DNA from: Asterias rubens
Lineage: Eukaryota
Length of the DNA stretch: 64,000 bases
NCBI RefSeq assembly: GCF_902459465.1
Contig: NC_047066.1
Location: forward strand, 19,592,001 to 19,656,000
Reading direction: 5' to 3'
Shown: one piece after another, positions 50,517 to 61,433 of the stretch
How the letters are laid out: every line of letters starts with the position of its first letter
Position numbering within the stretch: position 1 is the stretch's first letter
Notes under the pieces: generated by a model
Databases searched by the model: none
Told to the model about the DNA's origin: nothing
Seen by the model: only the letters and a program-made list of their open reading frames with translations
Translations under genes and position numbers: made by a program

Positions 50517-50903
50517 TTAAAGACAGTGGACACTATTGGTAATTGCCAAAGACCAGTCTTCTCACTTGGTGTATCCAAACATATGCATAAAATAACAAAC
50601 CTGTGGAAATTTGAGCTCGATTGGTCTTCGGAGTTGCGAGATAACTATGAAACAAAAAAACGCCCTTGTCACACAAAGTTGTGTGCTTTCAGATGCTTGA
50701 TTTCGAGACCTCAAATTCTAAACTTGAGGTCTCAAAATCAAATTTTGTAGAAAATTACTTCTTTCTCGAAAACTACGTCACTTCAGAGGGAGCCGTTTCT
50801 CACAGTGTATTATACCATCAACCTCTCCCCATTACTCGTTACCAAGTGAGGTTTATGCTGATAAATATTTTGAGTAATTACCAATAGTGTCCACTGACTT
50901 TAA
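50517..50903 (+). mobile_element. MITE family A
   Basis: TTAA at both ends; duplicated at 59705-60090. Confidence 0.88.
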
Positions 50904-52249
50904 GTGCCAACCACTTTGATCGCAATATTTTACGAAAGGCGAAAAACCCCACCCAAAGATGTCATAAAGTGCCGGCAAAAAAGACCGTATAGATTTTTGT
51001 GGCAAATTAGGCAACAGTAAGGCTATTTTTTGTTTTTTAATCAACAACAGTTTACATAATACGTGTTATTAAGCGTGACAGACATTGACATAATAGCACT
51101 CATTATAATATAAACCAATTGCCTATTCTTTCGCATTGCATTGTTCATCGGTATGCAAACTGGATTGTGACATTAGTGAGTATAAGTTTTGTATAGGGTC
51201 TAGTACCGTATTATCGTAAAAATATATAGGCCTATCTTAAAATTCCAAATGTAAAACGACCAAAGTTGGAGTGTTTTATTGTAGGCCTATGTGTAAAGTT
51301 GCTGGACTCGTATTAAAAGTAGGCGGGGCGTCGGAAGCTTTCTATCGCAACTGATGTCAAGGGGAGCCGCGTATACTTGTTATGAGGCAAACCTGGACAT
51401 ATTCTTTCAGTCCTATGCCAATGGGCAAACAACTCCGAAGTGATGGCAATTTAAGGTCGGGACCTAATATCCCGCAATGTTCATTTCCGACTCCCTGTAC
51501 CCCCGGAACTATTTAGGGTAGAATTTTGTAGACCCCCCCCCCCCATATTTTATGCTTTGTGTGAATTTTTTAGTTAATTATGTTAATTTATTGGTTACAT
51601 GAATTTCTTCATGGATTGTGTGTCCCTCGAGTAAATGTATACCCCACATACACCCCACTCCCACTCAAGTATCTAAGGAGCTGAATGCACATTCCGATTT
51701 TCTCAGGGGAGTCAAGGGATGTTTTAGAAACAAAACTCGGATGTAAAATCTCCTCGAAATTGAATGTTTGAAGTTGAAATTTAAACATTACTTCCCTGAG
51801 AAAACAAAACAAGGGTCACTATTATTAGGTCACATGCACGAAACGAAGACACATGGCTAAAGCGGGGGAAACAATATTTCCCTTCGCCATGTGTAAACGC
51901 GTCCATGGAGCTATACCACCGGGATTAGGCTATTATTTAGAAAGAAAACCACATAGCGCTGCCCCCCCCCCCCATTTACCCAAATGGGCGGTATGTATCC
52001 AGTGCACTGTTCATTGCTCATTATTCAGAACTGGGCGTACGCCAAATGGAATAATTAGGTACCCATGTGACACGTACAGGCTTATCAGATGCGGCCTACT
52101 GCACACCCATGGACGAATTTTTTAGGTTTCCGTATGTCCTTTCGTTTACGTTCTGGTACATCCCTAGTGGGACCGGGCCTTTAGTCCCTAATTATTGTAG
52201 TTTTTTTTTAAGAGGAACATCAGATTCGGAAACTGAATCTTACAACGTC

Positions 52250-55200
52250 CTAAACATCCGGATGGGATGTCTTGTCCGACTCTGGATGGGATGTCTTGTC
52301 CGACTCGAGGTAGTGAGGCCATGTTCGGATCTCTTTATAGAGGGTCTCGCCTGGGCAGTCTGTGGGGCCGAGTTGCCTGACATCACGGTGGCCACGAAGG
52401 ACGTATCTTGAGGTCATGTAGCCTGACTTGGCACCACACTCATTCAGATCCTTTAAAACCTGAAGTACACCGGGGGTTGGCTGTAGAAATAAAATAAAAT
52501 ACGAGCTGTATGTTAAAATGTATGTCTTCTGGTTTAATAGTGACTTCGTATCATATCTGTCACTGAGACCTACTTCTTGAGCACAATGTAATGGTTTGCC
52601 AATCTTTGTCAGTGGGCCCTTTTACATGCGTTACACAACGCACGGGACCAACGGCTTTACGTCCTATCCGAAGGACGAAGCATCGTGGTTAAGTGTCTTG
52701 CTTAAGGACATGGGTATCACGACTGGAACTCGAACCCACACTGTTCATCAGAGTGATAGAGTTTGAATCCGGTGCTCTTAAAGCCATTGGACACTTTCGG
52801 TAAACAGTGTTGTCAAAAGGCCCACACTTCGTGTATCACAACTTATATATAAAATAACAAACCTGTGAAAATTTAGGCTCAATCGGTCATCGGAGTCGGG
52901 AGAAAATAACGGGAAAATCCACCCTTGTTTCCGCACGTTTCGCCGTGTCATGACGTGTTTAAAATAAACCGGTAATTCTCGATATCGAGAATGAATAATT
53001 GTTTTAATGTTTTCTCAAAAAGTAAAGCATTTCATGGAATAATATTTCAAGAGAAGTCTTTCACCATTACCTTCTGTAAACCTTGTAAGTTATTTGTAAA
53101 TCTGTGAATTTTTTTTCTGTTTCGAAAGTGTCCAATGGCTTGAACCGCTAGGCCAAGGCACGCTGTAACTTTATTACTTATGATAAACATTAATTTAAGA
53201 ATGAGTAGACTATTCTTTATACCAGGATGTCATTGTAGTTTCCGATGATGGATGTGCCGATTGAGTGACTGTTGTAATAAGTAGATCCAGCGTGTGCTCC
53301 TACTGTGTCCCAACCACGCCCTATGTAAACTTTCTCATCACCACCGATCAGAAAGTTGTATGCTATGTCATCCCATCCTTGGATATAACAATCAAAAACA
53401 TGGAATATTAATACCTTTTGCCAGGCCTGATATACTTCACGGATTGGTGCCGTTGAAGCTTCAGTATAAATCAGGTCTGGAATTACACCCAGGCCACGGA
53501 GGCCATTGCCTCCGTTGCCCCTGGTCTTGGCCTTGGTGCCCCTTCAAAATGTTTCCCATTGACTTTCAGATTTGTCATTGGAAGTGCCCTTTGCAAACTG
53601 TATTGCCCTTCCAAAGATGAAATTCCAGGCCTGAGAAAATAGTGTACATGCCATGGTGCCCTTGCCCTTTCAAAAACGAACCAACAGGCCTGTAATGCCA
53701 CATGGTGTTTCATGTGATCTGAACAAAGGTATTTTTTAAGGCTACAACTTGGAAATCCCAAACAACAATTTTACTTCAGTGCTTGGTCCATCCAATAATT
53801 GAAAATGTTTTGAACTTGTTTTTAACTCACTGTTGATCCTTCAGTTGTACATGCATGCTTTGGTTTTATGGCTAGTATACTTGGTTCACATTGACTATTG
53901 TTTTTACAGTGAACTGTGTAGGGAATTATTGTACAATAGTGTATAATTATTATATTATATCAATATAAACCACAAGGGAAACTGACTGGGTAAATTTTGA
54001 AATGATTTTGGGGGTTGAACAAAGAATTGACTAGAGTGGGATTCGAACCAACGACCTCTGGATTAACGTGCACGTTAATCCGGAGGTCGTTGGTTCGAAT
54101 CCCACTCTAGTAAATTCTTTGTTCCAAAATCCGGAGGTCGTTGGTTCGAATCCCACTCTAGTCAATTTTTAACCCAAAAAATCATGATTATATTATATAT
54201 AAACACAGTATATCTAAAGGTATACAGGCCTGGAGTTTCATCTTTGAATGAATGGGGCAAATCAATTTAAATGTTTGCAAAGGGGCACTTCCATCCAGTG
54301 GAAAATCTTTTAGTCAAAGGGACAATTTGAAGGGGCACCAAGGCTATGATCAGGGGCAATGGACTGGAGGCCATGGCCTCCATCCAGGAACAGTGTGTAA
54401 TTCAAGGACTGTGTTAATAGAGAAAGTCTAATTATGTAATATTGAAGTCACCTCGTGTCACCATGTGGAAGTGTTGGAAGGATCGCATAAGTTTTGAGCA
54501 CTCTTCTTGGGTTGAGCACTGCTTTGAGGCAGTGTGGTGGACCACTGAGTACCCGACTGGGAGCACCATGTCCTGCCGTTTCTTTGGGGGTATGGCACCC
54601 CACTCAGCTCTTGTGACGAAGGTCAAATTGCTGCAGGCGGGTTCTGTATTATGTAAATATCAGAGGAAAATAATCTGACTTGGGTTTGAAAGTTACGGGG
54701 GGGGGGGGAGGGGGGGCCACTTTTTACTGTTCTTGCCAACCCTCTCTTCCCACCTGTTTCACCACACTGTGTTACGTTTCTTCTCACAAAAAGGGTGCAG
54801 TTTTCAGAATAGGGTGAATGGGTTCTTTGCATGGTTGCAACAACAAGTTTTATTTTATAGCTATATAGCTATAAAACATTTAAAACGGAAAAAATTACTG
54901 TTACGCCTTCTAGCTGCTTGCCCCCAAAATGTTATATCTTGCTCTAGGCTTAGTGGCTCACATAATGAACATTATGTATGGTTCAACGCATAATATTTTA
55001 CACTTGAATATCAACCAAACACATCATGAAGTACGTATGCGGTATGCGTGATGATGAGTTGTATCATGATTTAGCAAGTAAGGTTGAACTGCGGATTGAG
55101 TGACACGAAAGTTATCTTTCATTTATGTCATTGCGCAATAGATTGGGGATTCCCCGATTACGTTGTTGGGTTGGACTGTCTTAAATCGTTTTTTGTCCTC

Positions 55201-55704
55201 CTTCGATTAGGTTGATCATGGAGTCCGTGGGTTGATTTAGTGTAATATAAACCACGGAGGAAGGAATAAAAGCATAGTTTCAAACATAACTTCCCTGCAA
55301 AGATATGAACATTTGTAAACAATGTCCCGAAATCATGAAACTTCTCGACCGGTACTGCTTCCGCGTGCTCAGACTCTCTTGGCGGCCCTATACCTGTCCT
55401 TCCACTCGGAGGGACGGAGCTCCGCTAAGCCCCACTAGTGTCTCCCTGTGTTGCCCACCCCCACCTCGTACCACAGGCGGCCCAGGCCTTCCCAAATGCA
55501 CTGCTGGGTTGTATGTACAATGTAAATAAAGTACAGTTAATGCCAGTACATAAAACAATACCAGCACTTACCTTTCTGCATTTTGATGTCGGCTTTCCCA
55601 GACATTGGATCGCCTGCCAACACACTGCTCACTTGTGAATAATACAGTATGCAAGCACTCAACATTAACGCCAAAGGTCGAATCCTGCCCGTATGATAAT
55701 GCAT
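52250..55704 (-). CDS. PGRP: Short amidase-type PGRP (PGRP-2), 236 aa with signal peptide
   Basis: Exons 55572-55704 (MHYHTGRIRPLALMLSACILYYSQVSSVLAG..., AAAG|gtaagt), 54452-54643, 53223-53377, 52250-52480; phases consistent. Motifs VVHHT, RGWDDIAYNF, GRGW, GAHA, GHRD, TDCPG, WPHY. Confidence 0.93.
52530..53165 (-). mobile_element. tRNA-derived SINE interrupted by MITE B (copy at about 61715-62350)
   Basis: Minus strand: ggcctagcggttaagagc (A box), gggttcgagttcc (B box), gtccttaagcaagacacttaacc central domain. Confidence 0.7.
52778..53144 (+). mobile_element. MITE family B nested in a tRNA-derived SINE
   Basis: TTAA-agccattggacac ... gtgtccaatggct-TGAA; duplicated at about 61963-62328. Confidence 0.85.
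53422..53692 (+). mobile_element. Dispersed repeat family E (caggcctg-ended, ttgcctcc/gtgccct-rich)
   Basis: Related copies or fragments at about 18-171, 3145-3260, 3955-4165, 8990-9120, 9240-9380, 14738-14912, 16711-16875, 23394-23465, 54224-54390, 62607-62880 and 63411-63575. Confidence 0.7.
54017..54165. repeat. 108-bp palindrome plus repeated arm from a tRNA-derived repeat (copy at about 63203-63351)
   Basis: Arms 54017-54070 and 54071-54124 are reverse complements (2 mismatches), centre aacgtg|cacgtt; each arm carries GGTTCGAATCC. Confidence 0.9.
55145..55155. promoter_or_regulatory. NF-kB site in PGRP-2 intron 1
   Basis: GGGGATTCCCC, identical to the classical MHC class I kB element. 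Confidence 0.5.
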
Positions 55705-56706
55705 GGTTGAACAATACAGAGAAAAGGGTAGATTTTCAAGTGACAGTATGGCGTATTGAAGGACAAGTTTAAAATGGATGTCGCGAACTCGGCTATAGAT
55801 TTTCAAGAGACAAATCAAACTGGACAACTATGAACATGAATCGCAACTATTTTGGAATTTGTATGGTTGTTCGCAGTCTGTGCCAGCTAGTGACACTCAT
55901 GAACAAAACCAACTCATTGGCCTTGCTTCAGTTTTCAAGTACTTCTATGACAAAATGATATTCTTTGTTCCGTTCGGGGAATACCCGCGAGGGGCCCAAT
56001 CCTGCTTTTGTCATGTGTGAACTGGATAGGAGGAAGTAACAGGCAAAAACATGCAAGTCTATATAAACTGTAGTGAATCGGGTAGAAGGTCGGGAAGCTA
56101 TGTTCGGTTTGTACAGCACTGCCATTTCATCATGGAGGAAGTATAGCTCCTACAGAAAGTTTAAGGACTGATATCGAGTTTTATTGTGAAAGTAAAACTG
56201 AAGCTTTTGGTTTGAGACGTCGTCAAACACGCTGCACAATTTGAAGAAGTCCAGCTTTGAAGAATTTCCATCAATTCACAATGACACTCGTGTACGAAGT
56301 TCCAAACGTCATCTGCTTTGGGATTACAACTTTAAAATTGAAAACACCCCCTCCATTGCCCTTTCTGAAAATTCAAACTTATTTATTGAAAACAATCAGG
56401 CTCACACTAAATCGTTATCTTAAAAATGTATAATTGCGTACACACGTTTACTCAAGATGCACTCTTTTTTTTTTACAAAAAAAGGCAATCGTTTCGTTAG
56501 AAAAATGTGACATCACCGTGTAGTTTATTAATTGCGGGAATTGTATTAAAAAACCGCGCCTATAGTTTTTGTTTATGCTGTATGCCTAATTAGTTTGATG
56601 ATTCAGGTTTTTAAATCCTAGAAAAATACACGAAAAACATAAAGCAATCAATTTGTGAAAACAAGAAAAGAAATTGCGTACAATACGCTGAGACTTGAAT
56701 AAGATC

Positions 56707-58300
56707 CTAAATATTGTAGGGCTCGAGGTAGTGAGGCCATGTTCGGATCTCTTTATAGAGGGTCTCGCCTGGGCATTCCGTGGGACCGAGTTGCCTCACA
56801 TCACGGTGGCCACGCAGGACGTATCTTGAGGTCATGTAACCTGACTTGGCCCCACACTCATTCAGATCCTTTAAAACCTGCAGAACCCCGGGACTTGGCT
56901 AGAAAGAGAACACATTGCAAACCGTTATTTATGATGTCATACTACGTAAACATTTACGTTTTCATGTTTTCCGCAACAACATTAATGTTAACTTTATACA
57001 TAGGCACTGGAAACCTTTGGTAATAATATTGTAAAAGACAAGTATTCTCACTTGGTGGTGTATCCCAACATGATTATGTATGCAATAACAAATCTGTGAA
57101 CACTTTGGTTCACTTTGTCATCGAAATAATTGCAAGAAAATAATGACAGAAAAACGCCCTTGTCGCACAAATTTGTGTGCTTTCAGATGCCTGAGGAGAG
57201 ATAGGCTTCAGTGTCCTGATCTTTCTCTGATTCAAATACTTGAGTGAGAAATTTTACCTCTTTCTCAAATACTACCTCACTTCAGAGGGTCGTTTCTCAC
57301 AATGATTTATGTCTTCTATCTGGAGCTCTCCATTGCTAGTTACCTTGTAAGTGTTTATGCTGATACATATTTGAGTACTTTACCAAACGTGTTCAGAGCC
57401 CTTAAAAAATGTTTTTAGACCGGACTAACCAGGATTTTGGTGTAGGTTCCGATGATAGATGTGCCAATGGAGTGACTGTTGTAATAAATAGACCCAGCCT
57501 GTGCTCCTACTGTGTCCCAACCACGCCCTATGTAAACTTTCTCATCGCCTCCGATCAGAAAGTTGTATCCAATGTCATCCCAACCTTGGAATGACAAACA
57601 AAACATTGACCATAAAATAGGAAGCTACAATAAGATCTTATATCTTATTGTACCTTGCGTGGTCTGCAACTTAATATACATTCTCAAATCTGAAAATAAC
57701 ATTGCTTTGCGTTTGTTTTTCTGAAGAATAATCTAATTTTGTGCTTTTGAAGGGAACTTGAACAATGCCTGTCTCAACCAACATCTTTGTGTTCAAAAAG
57801 AGCGACCGTGTACATTCAAGGGCCTTTCTGGCCGGCAAGACACATATATGTCCTTATAAATTCAAGGTTCACACAAGAAATGAGCAAGTTTTATAGATGT
57901 ACCAGTTCATTCATATCAAAAGTTGGTGAAATTCACAGTGCAGGCTCAATAACATGTAATTTTTTTTTAATGAGTTTCCCCATTGAGCTGAATACAAAAC
58001 ATGCTATCATGAAGTCCAGATCTTCTTCTAAAACTGTGTTGAGAGATTCGCCTTTGTTTTAGAGCTATTACTTAGTATAGAGAGCGATATACATGTTTAG
58101 TTACCCACCTCGTGTCACCATGTGGAAGTGTTGGAAAGAGCGCATCAGTACTGAACAGTCTTTTAGGTTTGAGCACTGCTTTGAGGCAGTGTGATGGACC
58201 ACGGCGTACCCGACAGGGAGCACCATGTCCTGCCGTTTCTTTGGGGGTATGGCACCCCACTGTGCTCTTGTGACGAAGGTCAAATTGCTGCAAGCAGGTT
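56707..58300 (-). CDS. PGRP: PGRP-3, paralog of PGRP-2: exons 2-4 intact, first exon missing or uncertain (possible 5'-truncated copy)
   Basis: Exons 58109-58300, 57430-57584 and 56707-56898 are open with GT-AG sites; motifs VVHHT, GWDDIGYNF, GHRD, TECPG. No exon like 55572-55704 lies upstream. The only candidate is 58640-58706 (MILFRIVSFIGCWWCFSISILS, weak donor G|gtgtat). Confidence 0.8.
57001..57404 (+). mobile_element. Family-A-related MITE subfamily (old), PGRP-3 intron
   Basis: aagacaagtattctcacttgg, cagatgcctga and gtgagaaattttacctct blocks; a related degraded copy lies at about 46130-46480. Confidence 0.7.
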
Positions 58301-59009
58301 CTGAGGTTGATCATAGAAGGGGAAAGTTTTCAGTATATTCAAAAATACGCGTTGGCCGAGTATGGCTCACTGGACGACATCGATTACGAAAGTCACCGGA
58401 TAGTACCTGGGCACGAGTACCAAGTATTAAGAGTACAGTGTGTTCAAGTACCAAGTACTCTTATAATCGAGTACCCATTTCCAACAGCAGAATACAAGTA
58501 CTCAGATCTCCAAGTACGAGTTCCAGTATATGGGCCTTACAGTAATATAGCATAAATACTGCAAAAAGTCACTTATTGGTTATTGCCTTTATAGTATAAT
58601 GTCAATGGATGATTAAAGTCTTTTTAAAAATGGATACACCCGAAAGAATGGATATCGAAAAACACCACCAACACCCAATGAAGCTGACTATTCGAAACAA
58701 TATCATTTGATACAAAATAATATCATTTTAATAGTGAAGTGTAATAATAAACAATTATTATGAAGCAGTGCGCATAAAGGTCTAAACCTACGGCCTATTA
58801 TATATCCTGATTCTGCATCTGTCTAGCTTGAATCCGCCACGAAAACAATAAAGTAAATAAAGTGCAAACAAACAAACAAAAACAATTCAGTGTGGGAAAA
58901 AGTTATGCTGACGTTTGCAATATTTACATGTTTTTTTAACTGCACTTTGTTACTTTTGCAGTCAAGTTATTAACCCCGAGTTGAAACTGGGATTGTATGG
59001 AGATTTTCG

Positions 59010-59029
59010 GGAAAGTCCCCATGACGTAA
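59010..59029 (-). promoter_or_regulatory. Duplicated NF-kB and CRE-like site, now upstream of PGRP-3
   Basis: Same motifs as 49821-49840, within the duplicated block. Confidence 0.55.
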
Positions 59030-59704
59030 TGTCTCATTTGATTTAGCCTGTAGACGAAAACAAATCGAGGGGAAAACATTCGAGAAAAAAAACCGGACCC
59101 CACGCCGTAATTTTTTAAAGCCCCCCCCCCTTTGTTTTCTGGCTACAACTTTGCTTGCAAAATACGATTATCGCCCCCACCCGAGCTGGCTTGGGTCTTT
59201 TTGAACTGGAAGGATCCGGGTTGGACGGTTTCCAATAACTCGTCAGCAGTTTCACGAAGTGCCACTTCAAACACTAAAACAAATCGGAAGGAAAATGCAC
59301 GATTTCAACTATTTGGGTAAATTCGTTGAACGCTATATCTAACGAACGAAGTTATGGGTCTCAAATCGTATAGGCTCTGAATAATGTTAAGTTGGTGAAA
59401 GGCTCGCCTCCCAAGAACAATTAAACCATTAAAAACCATAGCGTTTTATGACAGAAGAGCCAAAAATAGTTTGTTATATCTCTTATACGCGACTGCTTTG
59501 ATGGCACAGTGTGGCTCCAGTACGGCAGGAAATTCTGTGTATGGCTGGTAATTGGCGAACTAGGTTATGTCAACTTCTTCTGATAGCGCTCTCTTTTGAA
59601 TCAATCTCCTCTACTCCATCATGCCAATTTCCCATTTATATTGGGGACAGAGTCTCCGGGACAGAATTCCCTTGGGACACCCGCGGCTTTGGCATTTTCA
59701 CGAA

Positions 59705-60090
59705 TTAAAGACAGTGGACACTATTGGTAATTGCCAAAGACCAGTCTTCTCACTTGGTGTATCCAAACATATGCATAAAATAACAAACCTGTGGAAATTT
59801 GAGCTCGATTGGTCTTCGGAGTTGCGAGATAACTATGAAACAAAAAAACGCCCTTGTCACACAAAGTTGTGTGCTTTCAGATGCTTGATTTCGAGACCTC
59901 AAATTCTAAACTTGAGGTCTCAAAATCTAATTTGTGGAAAATTACTTCTTTCTCGAAAACTACGTCACTTCAGAGGGAGCCGTTTCTCACAGTGTATTAT
60001 ACCATCAACCTTTCCCCATTACTCGTTACCAAGTGAGGTTTATGCTGATAAATATTTTGAGTAATTACTAATAGTGTCCACTGACTTTAA
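59705..60090 (+). mobile_element. MITE family A (in duplicated block)
   Basis: Copy of 50517-50903. Confidence 0.88.
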
Positions 60091-61433
60091 GTGCCAACCA
60101 CTTTGATCGCAATGTTTTACGAAAGGCGAAAAACCCCACCCAAAGATGTCATAAAGCGCCGGCCAAAAAGACCGTATAGATTTTTGTGGCAAATTAGGCA
60201 ACAGTAAGGCTATTTTTTGTTTTTTAATCAACAACAGTTTACATAATACGTGTTATTAAGCGTGACAGACATTGACATAATAGCACTCATTATAATATAA
60301 ACCAATTGCCTATTCTTTCGCATTGCATTGTTCATCGGTATGCAAACTGGATTGTGACATTAGTGAGTATAAGTTTTGTATAGGGTCTAGTACCGTATTA
60401 TCGTAAAAATATATAGGCCTATCTTAAAATACCAAATGTAAAACGAACAAAGTTGGAGTGTTTTATTGTAGGCCTATGTGTAAGTTGCTGGACTCGTATT
60501 AAAAGTAGGCGGGGCGTCGGAAGCTTTCTATCGCAACTGATGTCAAGGGGAGCCGCGTATACTTGTTATGAGGCAAATCTGGACATATTCTTTCAGTCCC
60601 ATGCCAATGGGCAAACAACTCCGAAGTGATGGAAATTTAAGGTCGGGACCTAATATCCCGCAATGTTCATTTCCGACTCCCTGTACCCCCGGAACTATTT
60701 AGGGTAGAATTCTGTAGACCCCCCCCCCCATCTTTTATGCTTTGTGTGAATTTTTTAGTTTTATGTTAATTTATTGGTTACATGAATTTCTTCATGGATT
60801 GTGTGTCCCTCGAGTAAATGTATACCCCACATACACCCCACTCCCACTCAAGTATCTAAGGAGCTGAATGCACATTCCGATTTTCTCAGGGGAGTCAAGG
60901 GATGTTTTAGAAACAAAACTCGGATGTAAAATCTCCTCGAAATTGAATGTTTGAAGTTGAAATTTAAACATTACTTCCCTGAGAAAACAAAACAAGGGTC
61001 ACTATTATTAGGTCACATGCACGAAACGAAGACACATGGCTAAAGCGGGGGAAACAATATTTCCCTTCGCAATGTGTAAACGCGTCCATGGAGCTATACC
61101 ATCGGGATTAGGCTATTATTTAGAAAGAAAACCACATAGCGCAGCCCCCCCCCCCCATTTACCCAAATGGGCGGTATGTATCCAGTATACTGTTCATTGC
61201 TCATTATTCAGAACTGGGCGTACGCCAAATGGAATAATTAGGTACCCATGTGACACGTACAGGCTTATCAGATGCGGCCTACTGCACACCCATGGACGAA
61301 ATTTTTAGGTTTCCGTATGTCCTTTCGTTTACGTTCTGGTACATCCCTAGTGGGACCGGGCCTTTAGTCCCTAATTATTGTAGTTTTTTTTTTAAGAGGA
61401 ACATCAGATTCGGAAACTGAATCTTACAACGTC

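Larger units (their letters stand above)
49642..54815. repeat. Segmental duplication, first copy
   Basis: Colinear with 58831-64000. Confidence 0.97.

Noticed and set aside
54030-54165. tRNA genes
   Set aside because: Only T-arm and B-box halves are present; no cloverleaf can be formed. The same applies to the other SINE heads.
54017-54165. CRISPR-like or regularly spaced repeat array
   Set aside because: Inverted and direct copies of one arm with no unique spacers, in eukaryotic intron context.
55305-55638. Overlapping GC-rich ORFs in PGRP-2 intron 1
   Set aside because: Three short frames on both strands with no motifs; the real exon 1 is 55572-55704.
1169-60234. Many 60-150 aa ORFs with recurring text such as KLCAFRCLISRPQILNLRS or FQMLDFETSNSKLEVSKSN
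   Set aside because: They are translations of MITE family A copies; no transposase motifs and no consistent frame.
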